Shown: in pieces, positions 9,208-17,614 of the stretch
Layout of the letters: each line of letters begins with the position of its first letter
Numbering within the stretch: the stretch's first letter is position 1
NCBI GenBank assembly: GCA_964627845.1
Contig: CAZVKL010000001.1
Location: 95,370-159,369 of the forward strand
Direction of reading: 5' to 3'
Source of the DNA: an uncultured Erysipelothrix sp.
GTDB taxonomy: Bacteria > Bacillota_I > Bacilli_A > Erysipelotrichales > Erysipelotrichaceae
Length of the DNA stretch: 64,000 nt
Made by a program: the position numbers and the translations under genes
Notes under the pieces: model-generated
What the model saw: only the letters and a program-made list of their open reading frames with translations
The model's database searches: none
What the model was told of the DNA's origin: nothing

Positions 9208-9762
9208 ATGTTAGTAAATGATTTAAAACTCGGAATGAGCTTTGTTGAAGAGGGTGACCTTTATAAAGTCTTAGATATCACTCGTAATAAAACGGCTCGT
9301 TCTCAAATGAATATCAAAGTTAAAGTGAAAAACTTAAGAACTGGTACGATGACTGAACTGGGTTATACTGCTGGGGACAAAGTGGATCAAGCCATTTTAG
9401 ATAAAAAGGATATGCAGTATTTATATGATGGTGGAGACGCTTTAGTCTTTATGGACTTAGAAAGTTATGAACAAGTTGAAATTCAAAAATCTCGATTGGA
9501 ATGGGAACTTCAATTTCTTAAAGAGAATGATACTGTCACGATTACTTTCTATGGCAGTGAAATTATTGGTATAGATTTACCTGATAAAGTCGCTTTAAAA
9601 GTTACTCAAGCAGATCCTGCTGTCAAGGGCGATACCGCTACGAATGCATTAAAGAATGCGATTGTTGAAACTGGTTTAGAAGTAAAAGTACCTCTTTTCA
9701 TCAGTGAAGGGGAAACGATTCTTGTTTCTACCGCTGATGGTAAATATTCTTCGAGAGCCTAA
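9208..9762 (+). CDS. efp: translation elongation factor P (Arg at the loop tip)
   Basis: MLVNDLKLGMSF...KNLRTG...MQYLY...VFMD...YEQ...PAVKGDTA...VETGLEVKVPLFI...DGKYSSRA aligns along its full length with EF-P. ATG at 9208 follows GAAGGTGAGG; the track ORF start at 9184 is probably too early. Confidence 0.9.
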   Translation: MLVNDLKLGMSFVEEGDLYKVLDITRNKTARSQMNIKVKVKNLRTGTMTELGYTAGDKVDQAILDKKDMQYLYDGGDALVFMDLESYEQVEIQKSRLEWELQFLKENDTVTITFYGSEIIGIDLPDKVALKVTQADPAVKGDTATNALKNAIVETGLEVKVPLFISEGETILVSTADGKYSSRA

Positions 9763-9764
9763 CA

Positions 9765-9800
9765 GAAACCCATGTCTTGTTTAAGATATGGGTTTTCTTA
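9765..9800 (+). terminator. probable terminator after efp
   Basis: GAAACCCAT ... ATGGGTTTTC hairpin (14-nt loop) followed by TTCTTATT. Confidence 0.5.
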
Positions 9801-9829
9801 TTGACAGAATTTTAACTATTTCTTATAAT
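9801..9829 (+). promoter_or_regulatory. sigma-A type promoter of the FMN riboswitch-ribU unit
   Basis: TTGACA at 9801-9806, 17-nt spacer, TATAAT at 9824-9829. Confidence 0.65.
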
Positions 9830-9836
9830 AAAGACA

Positions 9837-9987
9837 TCTTCAGGGCAGGGTGAAATTCCCGACCGGCTGTAAACCCAGCGAGCACCTTAGGTGTTGAACT
9901 TGTGAAATTCAAGTGGCGACAGTAAAGTCTGGATGAAAGAAGAAATGTCTTTTTTCTTGATAAGTCCTGAAGGTTAGGACTTTTTTT
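9837..9987 (+). promoter_or_regulatory. FMN riboswitch (RFN element) with terminator expression platform
   Basis: TCTTCAGGGCAGGGTGAAATTCCCGACCGGCTGT...CCCAGCGAGC...GTGAAATTCAAGTGGCGACAGTAAAGTCTGGATGAAAGAAGA matches the conserved RFN core. P1 pairs TCTTC with GAAGA. The AGTCCT-GAAGGTT-AGGACT hairpin plus T7 sits at 9963-9987, directly upstream of ribU. Confidence 0.88.
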
Positions 9988-10010
9988 AGTCTAGCCAGAA
10001 GGAGAAGAAA

Positions 10011-10607
10011 ATGAACAAAAATGTACTGTCACTAAAGAATATTGCAAAAATTGCAATATTAGCCGCATTATCTGCCATCATTATGCAATTTCGATTTCCA
10101 CTTCCATTCGCTCCAGGATTCCTAGATTTTGATTTAGCTGAAGTTCCATCCTTAATTGGTGCTTTTGCCATGGGACCTGTTCAAGGACTTATTATTGTTA
10201 TCTTAAAGAATATTCTTAAAGTCTTAATCAGCGGAACCAATACCTCTTTTGTTGGAGAGTTCTCCAATATAATCGTGAATGGTGCCTTAGTTTTGGTTGC
10301 AGGATTTTATTATCGTCATGATCGTACCTTTAGAGGCGCAATCATTGCAATGATATTAGGTGTTATTGCTTTAACGAGTGTTGCGACCCTCAGTAATTAT
10401 TTTGTGATGTTTCCACTTTATGCCAATGTCTTAGGTTGGGAAATTCAACAAATTGTGGATATGGCTGCTGCTGTCAATCCATTGGTAAATAGTCTAGAGA
10501 CCGTCATGCTCTTTACGATAGTTCCATTTAATTTAATCACAGGGATATCGACCTCCATTGTGACGACGCTCATATACCCTCATATATCACCTATATTGAA
10601 ACGATAA
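10011..10607 (+). CDS. ribU: riboflavin transporter RibU (ECF S-component)
   Basis: 198-aa polytopic membrane protein with the motif FRFPLPFAPGFLDFDLAEVPSLIGAFAMGP. It lies downstream of the FMN riboswitch. Confidence 0.85.
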   Translation: MNKNVLSLKNIAKIAILAALSAIIMQFRFPLPFAPGFLDFDLAEVPSLIGAFAMGPVQGLIIVILKNILKVLISGTNTSFVGEFSNIIVNGALVLVAGFYYRHDRTFRGAIIAMILGVIALTSVATLSNYFVMFPLYANVLGWEIQQIVDMAAAVNPLVNSLETVMLFTIVPFNLITGISTSIVTTLIYPHISPILKR

Positions 10608-10630
10608 AGTCACTGTTCAGTGACTTTTTT
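10606..10630 (+). terminator. intrinsic terminator after ribU
   Basis: AAAGTCACTG-TTC-AGTGACTTT hairpin followed by TTTT. Confidence 0.75.
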
Positions 10631-10671
10631 CATGGGTTTATATGCTATAATATGAACGTTGAGGTGGTAAT

Positions 10672-11583
10672 ATGAGTCAAAGAAGATCTAGAGTAAAAAA
10701 GTATGAAAAATTACGTGAAGAAATAATGAATGAAACTTCCAATAAAATAGAAACAAAGGAATTATCTCCTTTCGCCAATCAATTGCATCGTCTTGATGAT
10801 GAGCAATTTGAAAATATGGATGTATCGTCTTATCAAGAACATCAACCGCTTCATTTAAGAAGAGAGACTTTTGATGTCAGTAGTACTGATTCTGATCCAG
10901 TTGATAATGAGAAATTGGATCATTTGTTGGAATCAGCCAGTGAATCAATGATCGAAGATACAGATTCCTTTCGAAGTAATTATTTAGCTGATTTTATCGA
11001 TGAAGCAAAACAATACAATCTTGAAAAAGGGTATCGGGTCGATCATGATACAAAGTCAAATCTATTAAGAGAACTTAAAGCTCAACATCTTTATCATCAA
11101 GAAGATCAAGAGGATTTAGACGAGGTGGAGGTTTTTGAAGATGAACTCATTGAAACTTTGGAACCTGAATATATTCAAGAGGAAGAAGAAGTTGAGCCTG
11201 AAATTGAGTTAGAGCCAGAACACATTGAACAAGATGACTTTGAACATACCATGGAGTTTCAATCAACTGAATTAGAAACTCAACCAGTTGCGCAAGAGGA
11301 TTCTTTCGAAGAAACAATTATGATGCAAGTGGCTCGTTTAGCTGAAAATGAAATGAGTGAAGAAGACTTCTTAGATGAATATGCACCGAGTGATTTATTA
11401 GAAGCGACCACAAAGTTAAAAGTACAATTAGATCAACAATCAGAAGTCGTTAAAGACATGGAATCCAAGATTGATAAAACAAGCCGTTCCATGAATATTT
11501 TATTAACCGTTTTGATTACAACATTAGTAATATTATTAGCTGTATTTGGCTATGTCTTTTTGAGAATATTCGAGATAATTTAA
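10672..11583 (+). CDS. hypothetical tail-anchored, highly acidic protein
   Basis: 303 aa: basic N-terminus (RRSRVKKYEKLR), about 240 aa rich in D/E, and a single C-terminal TM (MNILLTVLITTLVILLAVFGYVFLRIF). AGGTGG RBS. Its stop overlaps the cmk ATG (TAATG). Confidence 0.7.
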   Translation: MSQRRSRVKKYEKLREEIMNETSNKIETKELSPFANQLHRLDDEQFENMDVSSYQEHQPLHLRRETFDVSSTDSDPVDNEKLDHLLESASESMIEDTDSFRSNYLADFIDEAKQYNLEKGYRVDHDTKSNLLRELKAQHLYHQEDQEDLDEVEVFEDELIETLEPEYIQEEEEVEPEIELEPEHIEQDDFEHTMEFQSTELETQPVAQEDSFEETIMMQVARLAENEMSEEDFLDEYAPSDLLEATTKLKVQLDQQSEVVKDMESKIDKTSRSMNILLTVLITTLVILLAVFGYVFLRIFEII

Positions 11584-12263
11584 TGAAGTATAATGTAGCT
11601 ATTGATGGCCCAAGTGGGGCTGGAAAATCTGTTATTGCGCTTAAAGTTGCACAGCGCTTTAACCTTTTACATATTGATTCAGGTGCTATGTATCGTGTAA
11701 TTGCGCTTAAAGCAAAACAAAATGGGATTGCTTTGGATGATGAACAACAGCTTGTCGACTTAATTAAGTCGACGGATATAAAAATGACTCAAGACCGACG
11801 AATTTTTATGGATGATCAAGATGTCACCACTTTAATCAGACATGAGGCGATTTCTTTAGGTGCTTCTGCGGTCTCAAAACTAAGAGAAGTTCGAAGACTG
11901 CTTGTGCTGGCTCAACAAGAACTTGCTAAACAAAAGAATTGCATTATGGAAGGACGCGACATTGGTACGGTCGTCTTGAAAGATGCTGAAGTTAAAATAT
12001 TCTTAACTGCCCAAGTGTCGGTGCGGGCTAAGAGACGTTATTTAGATTTACTATCCAAAGGTTTAGAAGCAGATTTAGAACAAATAAAACGTGATTTGAT
12101 CTTACGCGACTATCAAGATAGTCATCGAAAAGAATCACCGCTTAAGAAAGCGGCAGATGCCATCGAATTAGATAGCAGCCATTTGTCTATTGATGAAGTG
12201 GTTGATGCCATTGGAGAAATAATAAACAGTAAAGTAAATGTTGAAGGGAGGAAAAGTTCATGA
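11583..12263 (+). CDS. cmk: cytidylate kinase
   Basis: P-loop [12 protein letters not shown], then DSGAMYR. Confidence 0.92.
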   Translation: MKYNVAIDGPSGAGKSVIALKVAQRFNLLHIDSGAMYRVIALKAKQNGIALDDEQQLVDLIKSTDIKMTQDRRIFMDDQDVTTLIRHEAISLGASAVSKLREVRRLLVLAQQELAKQKNCIMEGRDIGTVVLKDAEVKIFLTAQVSVRAKRRYLDLLSKGLEADLEQIKRDLILRDYQDSHRKESPLKKAADAIELDSSHLSIDEVVDAIGEIINSKVNVEGRKSS

Positions 12264-13576
12264 TTGATGGAATTGTGGCTATAGTAGGGCGACCAAATGT
12301 TGGCAAATCATCCTTGTTTAATCGAATCATTGGTGAAAGAGTCTCAATCGTCGAAGATACTCCTGGAGTAACACGAGATCGAATCTATGGGAAAACCGAA
12401 TGGTTAACGAAACAATTTCGATTTATTGACACAGGTGGACTTCAAATCGAAGATCAACCATTCCAACAAGAAATAAAGATGCAGGTTGATTTAGCAATTG
12501 AGGAAGCAGATTGTATTCTTTTTGTTGTCGATGGACGTGAAGGGTTAACCGATGATGATAACTTTATTGCTAGAATGTTACAGAAAACAAACAAACCAGT
12601 GATTTTGGTGGTTAATAAGATTGATGACAAAACACTCATAAATAATATTTATGATTTTTATAGTCTAGGCTTTGGAGATCCGGTCCCAACCTCTAGCTCA
12701 CATGGAATTGGGGTAGGGGACTTGCTTGATCGTGTCGTAAGTCATATTGATGACTTTATTTCTAAACCGAGCTATGAAGGAATGATTCGGTTTGCGATAA
12801 TTGGTCAACCTAATGTGGGGAAATCCTCATTAATTAATGCAATCTTAAACGAAGAAAGAACCATTGTTTCTGAAATAGAAGGAACAACCAGAGATGCTAT
12901 TGATACGCCTTTTGTTGTCGATGGGAAAGATTTTGTTGCGATTGATACTGCCGGTATTCGTAAACGTGGTAAAGTTTATGAAAATGTGGAGAAATACTCT
13001 GTTCTACGCGCATTAAGCGCTATAGAGCGTGCTGATGTGATTCTCTTTGTCATTGATGGTGAGCGAGGCATTCGTGAGCAGGATAAGCATGTAGCAGGGT
13101 ATGCACACAATGAAGGAAAACCGATTATTATTATTTTTAATAAATGGGATAGCCTAGAGAAAGATGAGTTCACTATGAATCAGAAGATTGAGCATATTCG
13201 TCAAGAATTTCAATATCTTTCTTATGCACCCATTCTCTTTGTTTCAGCTAAAACGAAACAGCGAGTCCATACTATTATACCTATGATAGAAAAAGTATAT
13301 TTAAACTCTCAGACTCGTATTCCTACCTCGGTTGTTAATGAAGTCGTCATGGATGCACAACGTTTTACACCGCCACCCACACATAAAGGACAGAGACTAA
13401 GAATCTATTATGCCTCTCAAGTTGCTGTTGCTCCGCCAACCTTTGTTTTCTTTGTTAACGATCCAAAATTGTGCCATTTTTCTTATAAACGATATTTAGA
13501 AAATAGGTTGCGAGAAGCTTTTGAGTTTGAAGGCACACCCATTCATCTAAATATGAGAAAGAAAAATTTGTCATAA
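12260..13576 (+). CDS. der: ribosome-associated GTPase Der/EngA
   Basis: Two tandem G domains ([12 protein letters not shown]...DTGG; [12 protein letters not shown]...DTAG...NKWD) plus a KH-like C-terminus. Confidence 0.93.
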   Translation: MIDGIVAIVGRPNVGKSSLFNRIIGERVSIVEDTPGVTRDRIYGKTEWLTKQFRFIDTGGLQIEDQPFQQEIKMQVDLAIEEADCILFVVDGREGLTDDDNFIARMLQKTNKPVILVVNKIDDKTLINNIYDFYSLGFGDPVPTSSSHGIGVGDLLDRVVSHIDDFISKPSYEGMIRFAIIGQPNVGKSSLINAILNEERTIVSEIEGTTRDAIDTPFVVDGKDFVAIDTAGIRKRGKVYENVEKYSVLRALSAIERADVILFVIDGERGIREQDKHVAGYAHNEGKPIIIIFNKWDSLEKDEFTMNQKIEHIRQEFQYLSYAPILFVSAKTKQRVHTIIPMIEKVYLNSQTRIPTSVVNEVVMDAQRFTPPPTHKGQRLRIYYASQVAVAPPTFVFFVNDPKLCHFSYKRYLENRLREAFEFEGTPIHLNMRKKNLS

Positions 13577-13598
13577 AGCCTATTAAGAGTGCATTTTA

Positions 13599-13627
13599 TT
13601 GAATTGTTATGAACAATTTGATATTAT
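13599..13627 (+). promoter_or_regulatory. promoter of hup
   Basis: TTGAAT at 13599-13604, 17-nt spacer, TATTAT at 13622-13627. Confidence 0.5.
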
Positions 13628-13654
13628 AAGTGTATGAATGGAGGAGAATAAAAT

Positions 13655-13948
13655 ATGAACGGAACATTCAATAAGAAAGCATTAGCTGATGCATTAGCAA
13701 TTCGTTTAGATGTAACTAAAAAAGATGCTACTGAAATCATCGATGTACTATTAGAAGAAATTAAAGATGAACTTAAAAAGGGAAGTAAGGTAGATATCGC
13801 TGGATTTGGACGCTTTGAAGTTAAAGATCGTCCTGAGCGTGATGGTTTTAACCCTCAAACTAAAGAGAAAATCAAAGTTCCTGCTTCTAAAGCATTAACA
13901 TTTAGAGTTTCTAAAGCTCTTAAAGACGAAATCAATAACAAACGATAA
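13655..13948 (+). CDS. hup: DNA-binding protein HU
   Basis: 97 aa. GFGRFEVKDRPERDGFNPQTKEKIKVPASKALTFRVSKALKD is the canonical HU arm. Confidence 0.92.
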   Translation: MNGTFNKKALADALAIRLDVTKKDATEIIDVLLEEIKDELKKGSKVDIAGFGRFEVKDRPERDGFNPQTKEKIKVPASKALTFRVSKALKDEINNKR

Positions 13949-13971
13949 GAAGCTTAGCTTCTTATCTTTTT
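13945..13971 (+). terminator. intrinsic terminator after hup
   Basis: Perfect 20-bp palindrome ATAAGAAGCTTAGCTTCTTAT followed by CTTTTT. Confidence 0.75.
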
Positions 13972-13989
13972 AAATGAAAGGAAAATAAT

Positions 13990-14724
13990 ATGATATTTTA
14001 TCCACTTTTATTTGGATTATATAATTTAGATGGGACTCAATTGCTCTTATTTATGGTCGCAATTGGGATTGCCATGTTTGCTCAAGGACGCGTACAATCT
14101 GTCTATGCTAAATACAAACAAATTCCAGCAGATACAAATTTAACAGGGGCTGAAATCGCTAGACAAATCTTAGATCGTCATGGGATACATGATGTTCAAG
14201 TTGTGCCTGGCAAAGGGGCAGAATTATCTGATTTCTATGATCCAAAGAAGAAAATTGTTAGTCTATCTAGCAACATCTATAATACCAACTCAATTGCAGC
14301 TGTTTCTGTTGCTGCCCATGAAGTAGGCCACGCAATACAACATGCCACTTCGTATTCGTTTATTGCACTACGGAATCGTTTATTACCAATGACAATCATT
14401 TCACAAAATCTTGGTATGTTATTCGTGATAATCTCATCCATGTTCTTATACACCAGCTGGGGATACTCACTGTTTTGGGTAGGGATAGCCATGTACGGTG
14501 TCGTTGGACTATTCCAACTTGTTACATTACCAGTTGAATTTGATGCTTCTAAACGAGCGCTTGTAAACTTACAAGAAATGAATTTAGTCGCTCCAGATGA
14601 TATTGATGATTCTAAAAAAATGCTTAATGCAGCAGCCTTTACATACGTTGCCGCATTCTTAGGAACCATTATAACGATCATTCGTATTGTACTCTTATTT
14701 ATGGGTGGTAATCGAAGAAGATAA
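13990..14724 (+). CDS. YugP-like putative neutral zinc metallopeptidase (membrane)
   Basis: HEVGHAIQH zinc motif, TM segments at both ends, 244 aa. Confidence 0.82.
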   Translation: MIFYPLLFGLYNLDGTQLLLFMVAIGIAMFAQGRVQSVYAKYKQIPADTNLTGAEIARQILDRHGIHDVQVVPGKGAELSDFYDPKKKIVSLSSNIYNTNSIAAVSVAAHEVGHAIQHATSYSFIALRNRLLPMTIISQNLGMLFVIISSMFLYTSWGYSLFWVGIAMYGVVGLFQLVTLPVEFDASKRALVNLQEMNLVAPDDIDDSKKMLNAAAFTYVAAFLGTIITIIRIVLLFMGGNRRR

Positions 14725-14792
14725 GCTCGTTAATCGAGATTTTTTATAGGAAACATGGTAGTAATCCTTTATAAATAATGAAAGGAGTTGCC

Positions 14793-14858
14793 ATGTTTTT
14801 TAATTTACTTAGACGAGTCATCTTATTAGGTCCTGTATTTCCATGGTTTAAACCATAA
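14793..14858 (+). CDS. candidate micro-ORF 1 (21 aa, MFFNLLRRVILLGPVFPWFKP)
   Basis: AAAGGAG lies 5 nt upstream of the ATG. Its stop overlaps the next ATG (TAATG). No homology recognised. Confidence 0.3.
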   Translation: MFFNLLRRVILLGPVFPWFKP

Positions 14859-14941
14859 TGGGGGTAGGTTTTATCTCAATCAGTTTGGTTAGTTCGATCA
14901 TCTATTTCTATTATCGAATATTGCCTCTGATCAAACCCTAA
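14858..14941 (+). CDS. candidate micro-ORF 2 (27 aa hydrophobic, MGVGFISISLVSSIIYFYYRILPLIKP)
   Basis: Translationally coupled to micro-ORF 1. Predicted single TM helix. Ends at the hairpin at 14945-14966. Confidence 0.3.
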   Translation: MGVGFISISLVSSIIYFYYRILPLIKP

Positions 14942-14967
14942 AAAAAGGATATCATTCGATATCCTTT
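14939..14967 (-). terminator. intrinsic terminator of the pfpI-deoB-xerD transcription unit (possibly bidirectional)
   Basis: AAGGATATC-ATTC-GATATCCTT hairpin. On the - strand it is followed by T7; on the + strand only by TTT. Confidence 0.65.
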
Positions 14968-14995
14968 ACTTCGCATAATGTATATTATGTAATTT
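14968..14995. other. dif: dif chromosome-dimer resolution site (XerC arm / 6-bp core / XerD arm)
   Basis: ACTTCGCATAA-TGTATA-TTATGTAATTT. 19 contiguous nt (CGCATAATGTATATTATGT) are identical to E. coli dif (GGTGCGCATAATGTATATTATGTTAAAT), and 22/28 match B. subtilis dif (ACTTCCTAGAATATATATTATGTAAACT), both as I recall them. It lies exactly where gene orientation converges, 1.7 kb from xerD. Confidence 0.8.
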
Positions 14996-15000
14996 TTAGA

Positions 15001-15528
15001 TTACTTCTTTACAGCCTCAAATGCCTTAATTAATAACGGTGCATACTCTGGTAAGTTGACTGGGCGCTGTGCTGAAATGATATGACCATCTTCAATGGCA
15101 CCATTATCATGCCAGATTGCTCCCGCATTCGTTAAATCATCTTTAATACCTGGAGTGCTGGTCACATTTATACCCTTAAGAATCCCTGCTGATGCTAAGA
15201 CCCAGCCTGCATGACAAATTTGTCCGATAGGTAATTTCTCTTGGTCAAAATACTTAACCATCTCTAAGACCTTATCAAAGCGTCTGAGCAAGTCTGGTGA
15301 CCATCCACCTGGTACTAAAATGCCATCATAATCTTTCGGATCGATTTCATCAAAACTGTAATCAGATACCGCTGGGACACCATATTTACCCGTGTATTTT
15401 TTTCCTTTTTCAGGTCCAACTAAATCGACTTGGATACCAGCTTCTCTTAGTCGGTATACTGGATACCATAATTCTAAATCTTCAAAATCGTCGCTCAATA
15501 ATTGTATTACTTTTAAGTTTACTAACAT
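15001..15528 (-). CDS. DJ-1/PfpI family protein (type 1 glutamine amidotransferase-like)
   Basis: 175 aa with nucleophile elbow QICHAGWVL and the VPGG motif. Confidence 0.85.
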   Translation of the reverse strand: MLVNLKVIQLLSDDFEDLELWYPVYRLREAGIQVDLVGPEKGKKYTGKYGVPAVSDYSFDEIDPKDYDGILVPGGWSPDLLRRFDKVLEMVKYFDQEKLPIGQICHAGWVLASAGILKGINVTSTPGIKDDLTNAGAIWHDNGAIEDGHIISAQRPVNLPEYAPLLIKAFEAVKK

Positions 15529-15537
15529 GTTAATCTC

Positions 15538-16734
15538 CTATTGTGAATTTTTCACAAGTACATCAAGAAATGAATTCCCTGATGATGTTGGTTTAACGTT
15601 AAAGTTATCGCAAATAGTTGCTCCTAAGTCAGCAAAGGTATCGCGAGTGGTTAAATGAATCGGTCCATTAATCTTAGGTGAATAGATTAATAGTGGTACT
15701 ACTTCACGAGTATGATCTGTCCCAGCAAAGGTAGGATCATTACCATGGTCAGCTGTTAAGACTAAAAGATCATCTTCTCTAATCAATTCTTTTAAATCAC
15801 CTAATTGTTTATCAAAATCAATTAATCCTTGGGCATATCCTTCAGGATTGCGTCGATGACCCCAAAGTGCATCAAAATCAACAAGATTAACGAACATCAT
15901 ACCATTGAAATCTTTGTCCATTAACTGAATCGTTTGGTTCATACCATCTTCATTGCTCTTAGTCCGATGTGATTCAGTAATTCCTTCACCATCAAAAATA
16001 TCGACAATCTTACCAACACTGATAACATCGAATCCCCCCTCTTTAAGATGGTCTAAGGCTGTAACACCATATGGTTTTAAAGCGTAGTCATGACGATTGG
16101 CAGTTCTTGTGAAATTATTGGCATCTGGACCCACAAAAGGTCTAGCAATAACACGACCCACTTTCCACTCAGGTTTCATGGTTAGTTCTCTGGCAATCTC
16201 ACAAACACGATACAATTCTTCTAAACCAAATGTTTCTTCATGAGCCGCAATCTGTAATACTGAATCAGCAGAAGTATAGACAATCATCTCCCCTGTCTCC
16301 ATATGGCGCTCACCTAATTCGACTAAAATCTCAGTTCCAGAAGCAGACTTATTACCAATAATCTTATGTCCTGTTCTTGCTTCCAATTCATCAATTAACT
16401 CTTGTGGAAAGCCTGACTCCGTAAATGTTTGAAATGGTGTATCCACATATAATCCCATAAGTTCCCAGTGGCCAGTCATGGTATCTTTAGAAGCAGAGGC
16501 CTCATGCATAATTCCATAAGCATGGTGTTTGTTTTGTTGTGGTTCTACGCCTTTCACATCATGGACAACCCCTAGTCCCATTTCTTGAAGATGAGGTAGT
16601 TCTATTCCTCCAACATGACGGGCAATATTCCCAAGGGTATCTGAACCCACATCTCCAAATTCAGCGGCATCTGGAGCTTCTCCAGCCCCCACTGAGTCCA
16701 TTACAATTGTAATGACACGTTTAAATTCACTCAT
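15538..16734 (-). CDS. deoB: phosphopentomutase
   Basis: 398 aa. [21 protein letters not shown] and [11 protein letters not shown] are typical DeoB metal-site motifs. Confidence 0.92.
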   Translation of the reverse strand: MSEFKRVITIVMDSVGAGEAPDAAEFGDVGSDTLGNIARHVGGIELPHLQEMGLGVVHDVKGVEPQQNKHHAYGIMHEASASKDTMTGHWELMGLYVDTPFQTFTESGFPQELIDELEARTGHKIIGNKSASGTEILVELGERHMETGEMIVYTSADSVLQIAAHEETFGLEELYRVCEIARELTMKPEWKVGRVIARPFVGPDANNFTRTANRHDYALKPYGVTALDHLKEGGFDVISVGKIVDIFDGEGITESHRTKSNEDGMNQTIQLMDKDFNGMMFVNLVDFDALWGHRRNPEGYAQGLIDFDKQLGDLKELIREDDLLVLTADHGNDPTFAGTDHTREVVPLLIYSPKINGPIHLTTRDTFADLGATICDNFNVKPTSSGNSFLDVLVKNSQ

Positions 16735-17614
16735 TGTCTTGATTTCCTTTCTTCAATAATTGTCCTGGATGAAACTGATCATACATTCGTTTTTTAGATT
16801 TACTCTCTAAATGAGTGTAAATCTGAGTTGTCGAAATAACTTCGTGACCAAGTAACTCTTGGACCACTCTTAGATCAGCATCATTATTTATAAGCGCACT
16901 CGCAAAACTATGGCGCAACATATGCGGTGTCACATTTTTACGAAGCTCTGTTTGAACTTGACGCTTTCTTATTCTATTATAAACACTTTGTCGACTTAAT
17001 GGCAGTGATTTAATATTAACAAACACGGTTATTGTTGATTTTTTAGGCACTTTCACCAAATAGTCTTCTAAAGCATGCTGAGCACGTGTTCCAATAGGAA
17101 CTATTCGCTCTTTAGCACCCTTCCCAATAATTTTAAAGAAGCCTTCTTGTTTATAATATCTGGAGTGTGTCAACGTAATTAATTCACTCACTCTTAAACC
17201 ACAACTAAACAATATTTCAATGATGGCTTTGTCAAGGAAATCATCATATGTTTTTAATTCAAAACTTGTTAGCTGAACGACTTCCTCTAATGTAAGATAT
17301 TCAGGTAGTTTTTTATCCTTACGATTTACTTTTAGATGCAGTGTCGGATCAACTTCTATTTCATTGGTCGAGATAAGAAACTGATAGAACTGTCGAATTG
17401 CACTTAATCTTCTCGCTAAGGAAGCATTTGAAATATTCTTAGACCAAGCATAGAAAATATCTTGTATTTGATTCGATGAAAGCTCCATGTATTGATTCTT
17501 TACTTCATTTAAAAACACCTCTAAATCATTAAGATAGCTATCAATCGTTGCTTGAGAATAATGTGAGACAAATTTCAAATAATTCTTGTATTGTTCAACA
17601 ACTCTTTGGCTCAT
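16727..17614 (-). CDS. xerD: tyrosine recombinase XerD/XerC family
   Basis: 295 aa. ARR...[10 protein letters not shown]...[38 protein letters not shown] carries the R-K-H-R-H-Y catalytic set. The xerD-deoB arrangement matches Bacillus ripX-drm. XerC versus XerD cannot be decided by eye. Confidence 0.85.
   Translation of the reverse strand: MSQRVVEQYKNYLKFVSHYSQATIDSYLNDLEVFLNEVKNQYMELSSNQIQDIFYAWSKNISNASLARRLSAIRQFYQFLISTNEIEVDPTLHLKVNRKDKKLPEYLTLEEVVQLTSFELKTYDDFLDKAIIEILFSCGLRVSELITLTHSRYYKQEGFFKIIGKGAKERIVPIGTRAQHALEDYLVKVPKKSTITVFVNIKSLPLSRQSVYNRIRKRQVQTELRKNVTPHMLRHSFASALINNDADLRVVQELLGHEVISTTQIYTHLESKSKKRMYDQFHPGQLLKKGNQDNE

Noticed and set aside
9986-10171. 61-aa - strand ORF overlapping the ribU start
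   Set aside because: It is antisense to ribU and to the riboswitch terminator. No RBS and a low-complexity translation.
14277-14681. 134-aa ORF on the - strand inside the YugP-like metallopeptidase gene
   Set aside because: It is entirely antisense to a well-supported CDS with a clear HExxH motif. It has no RBS and no recognisable motif. Such shadow ORFs are common antisense to real genes.
14764-14780. Possible degenerate second dif half-site (ATCCTTTA..ATAATG) upstream of the micro-ORFs, which would suggest a dif-integrated element (IMEX)
   Set aside because: Only 8 + 6 nt match, with different spacing, in AT-rich DNA. The bracketed interval (about 190 bp) is far too small for a known IMEX, and no XerD-arm TTATGT is present.
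16727-17614. Tyrosine recombinase as a marker of a prophage or integrative element
   Set aside because: It is flanked by housekeeping genes (deoB, dinB) in Bacillus-like synteny. It has XerC/D-type motifs and length, and a dif site is adjacent. No phage, transposase or att-like repeats were seen.
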